Shown: positions 63,708 through 64,000 of the stretch, piece by piece
Layout of the letters: every line of letters starts with the position of its first letter
Position numbering within the stretch: position 1 is the first letter of the stretch
Assembly: GCA_030141605.1 (NCBI GenBank)
Contig: JAQGDQ010000084.1
Coordinates: 558,001-622,000 of the forward strand
Direction of reading: 5' to 3'
DNA: 64,000 bases
Source of the DNA: Tubiluchus corallicola
Taxonomy: Eukaryota > Animalia > Priapulida
Made by a program: the position numbers and the translations under genes
Notes under the pieces: generated by a model
The model's database searches: none
The model's input: the letters and a program-made list of their open reading frames with translations, nothing else
What the model was told of the DNA's origin: nothing

Positions 63708-63721
63708 GTTGTTGTGACAAC
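63708..63721. promoter_or_regulatory. RFX X-box-like palindrome
   Basis: GTTGTTGTGACAAC versus consensus GTTGCCATGGCAAC, ~180 bp upstream of a cilia/sperm gene ATG. Confidence 0.45.
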
Positions 63722-63899
63722 CGCACAACAAAGCCATACAGTGCACACTCATGATTACGTTATAGCAGTTGCTGCGCTTTTCTTGTGACCTTGTGTAAGA
63801 TGTACTATAGGATAAGTGACTACCATGGATAGATCTAGCACTTTTTGCGACAATGATGATACGTTTTAAAAAAAATTTCCAAAAGTTTTTGAAATACAA

Positions 63900-63976
63900 A
63901 TGGCTGCACTTCCAAGAGAGGTGCTGAAATGGCTTCAAAGTTTAGATTTGAGTAGTCCAGTAAGAAACACAAAATG
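63900..63976 (+). CDS. SPATA4: First coding exon of a SPATA4-like (SPEF1-family CH domain) protein, MAALPREVLKWLQSLDLSSPVRNTKW
   Basis: LPREVLKWLQSLDL is the characteristic N-terminus; TG|GTAAGC donor; the gene continues beyond the window. Confidence 0.8.
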
Positions 63977-64000
63977 GTAAGCTAGTCTGCAGTACACTTA

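Noticed and set aside
63900-63976. CH-domain exon as a further part of the LMO7 gene
   Set aside because: It lies after the LMO7 stop and 3'UTR, has its own ATG, and matches the SPATA4/SPEF1-type N-terminus.

Overview
This is AT-rich animal (most likely invertebrate bilaterian) genomic DNA with GT-AG spliceosomal introns. Nearly the whole window (272-61401, + strand) is the middle and 3' part of one large multi-exon gene of the LMO7/LIMCH1/Drosophila Smallish family; its 5' exons lie upstream of the window. I assembled by hand a phase-consistent exon chain: the 'NPLRFVK...DWQSNLDHWKSRRK' region, a PDZ domain, long low-complexity and coiled-coil segments, an 'EHWVVQEAERRR' motif, a C-terminal LIM domain and a terminal PDZ-binding motif (...GLQYSAV*). 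A SPATA4-like gene starts at 63900. The introns hold many non-autonomous DNA transposons (hAT, TTAA/Kolobok-like, pogo/Tc1-like), decayed LINE/SINE pieces and at least 12 minisatellite arrays, which explain all the long repetitive ORFs in the ORF track. Most unusual: (i) a candidate terminal exon with a poly(A) signal just after the PDZ exons, then a promoter-like region whose exon encodes a 47-aa Cys-rich hydrophobic micropeptide, suggesting the locus can be expressed as two halves plus a microprotein; (ii) a real splice acceptor amplified into a 7-copy 62-bp array of potential 19-nt microexons; (iii) a series of 24-31 nt microexons. All gene models come from reading the sequence only and have no transcript support.
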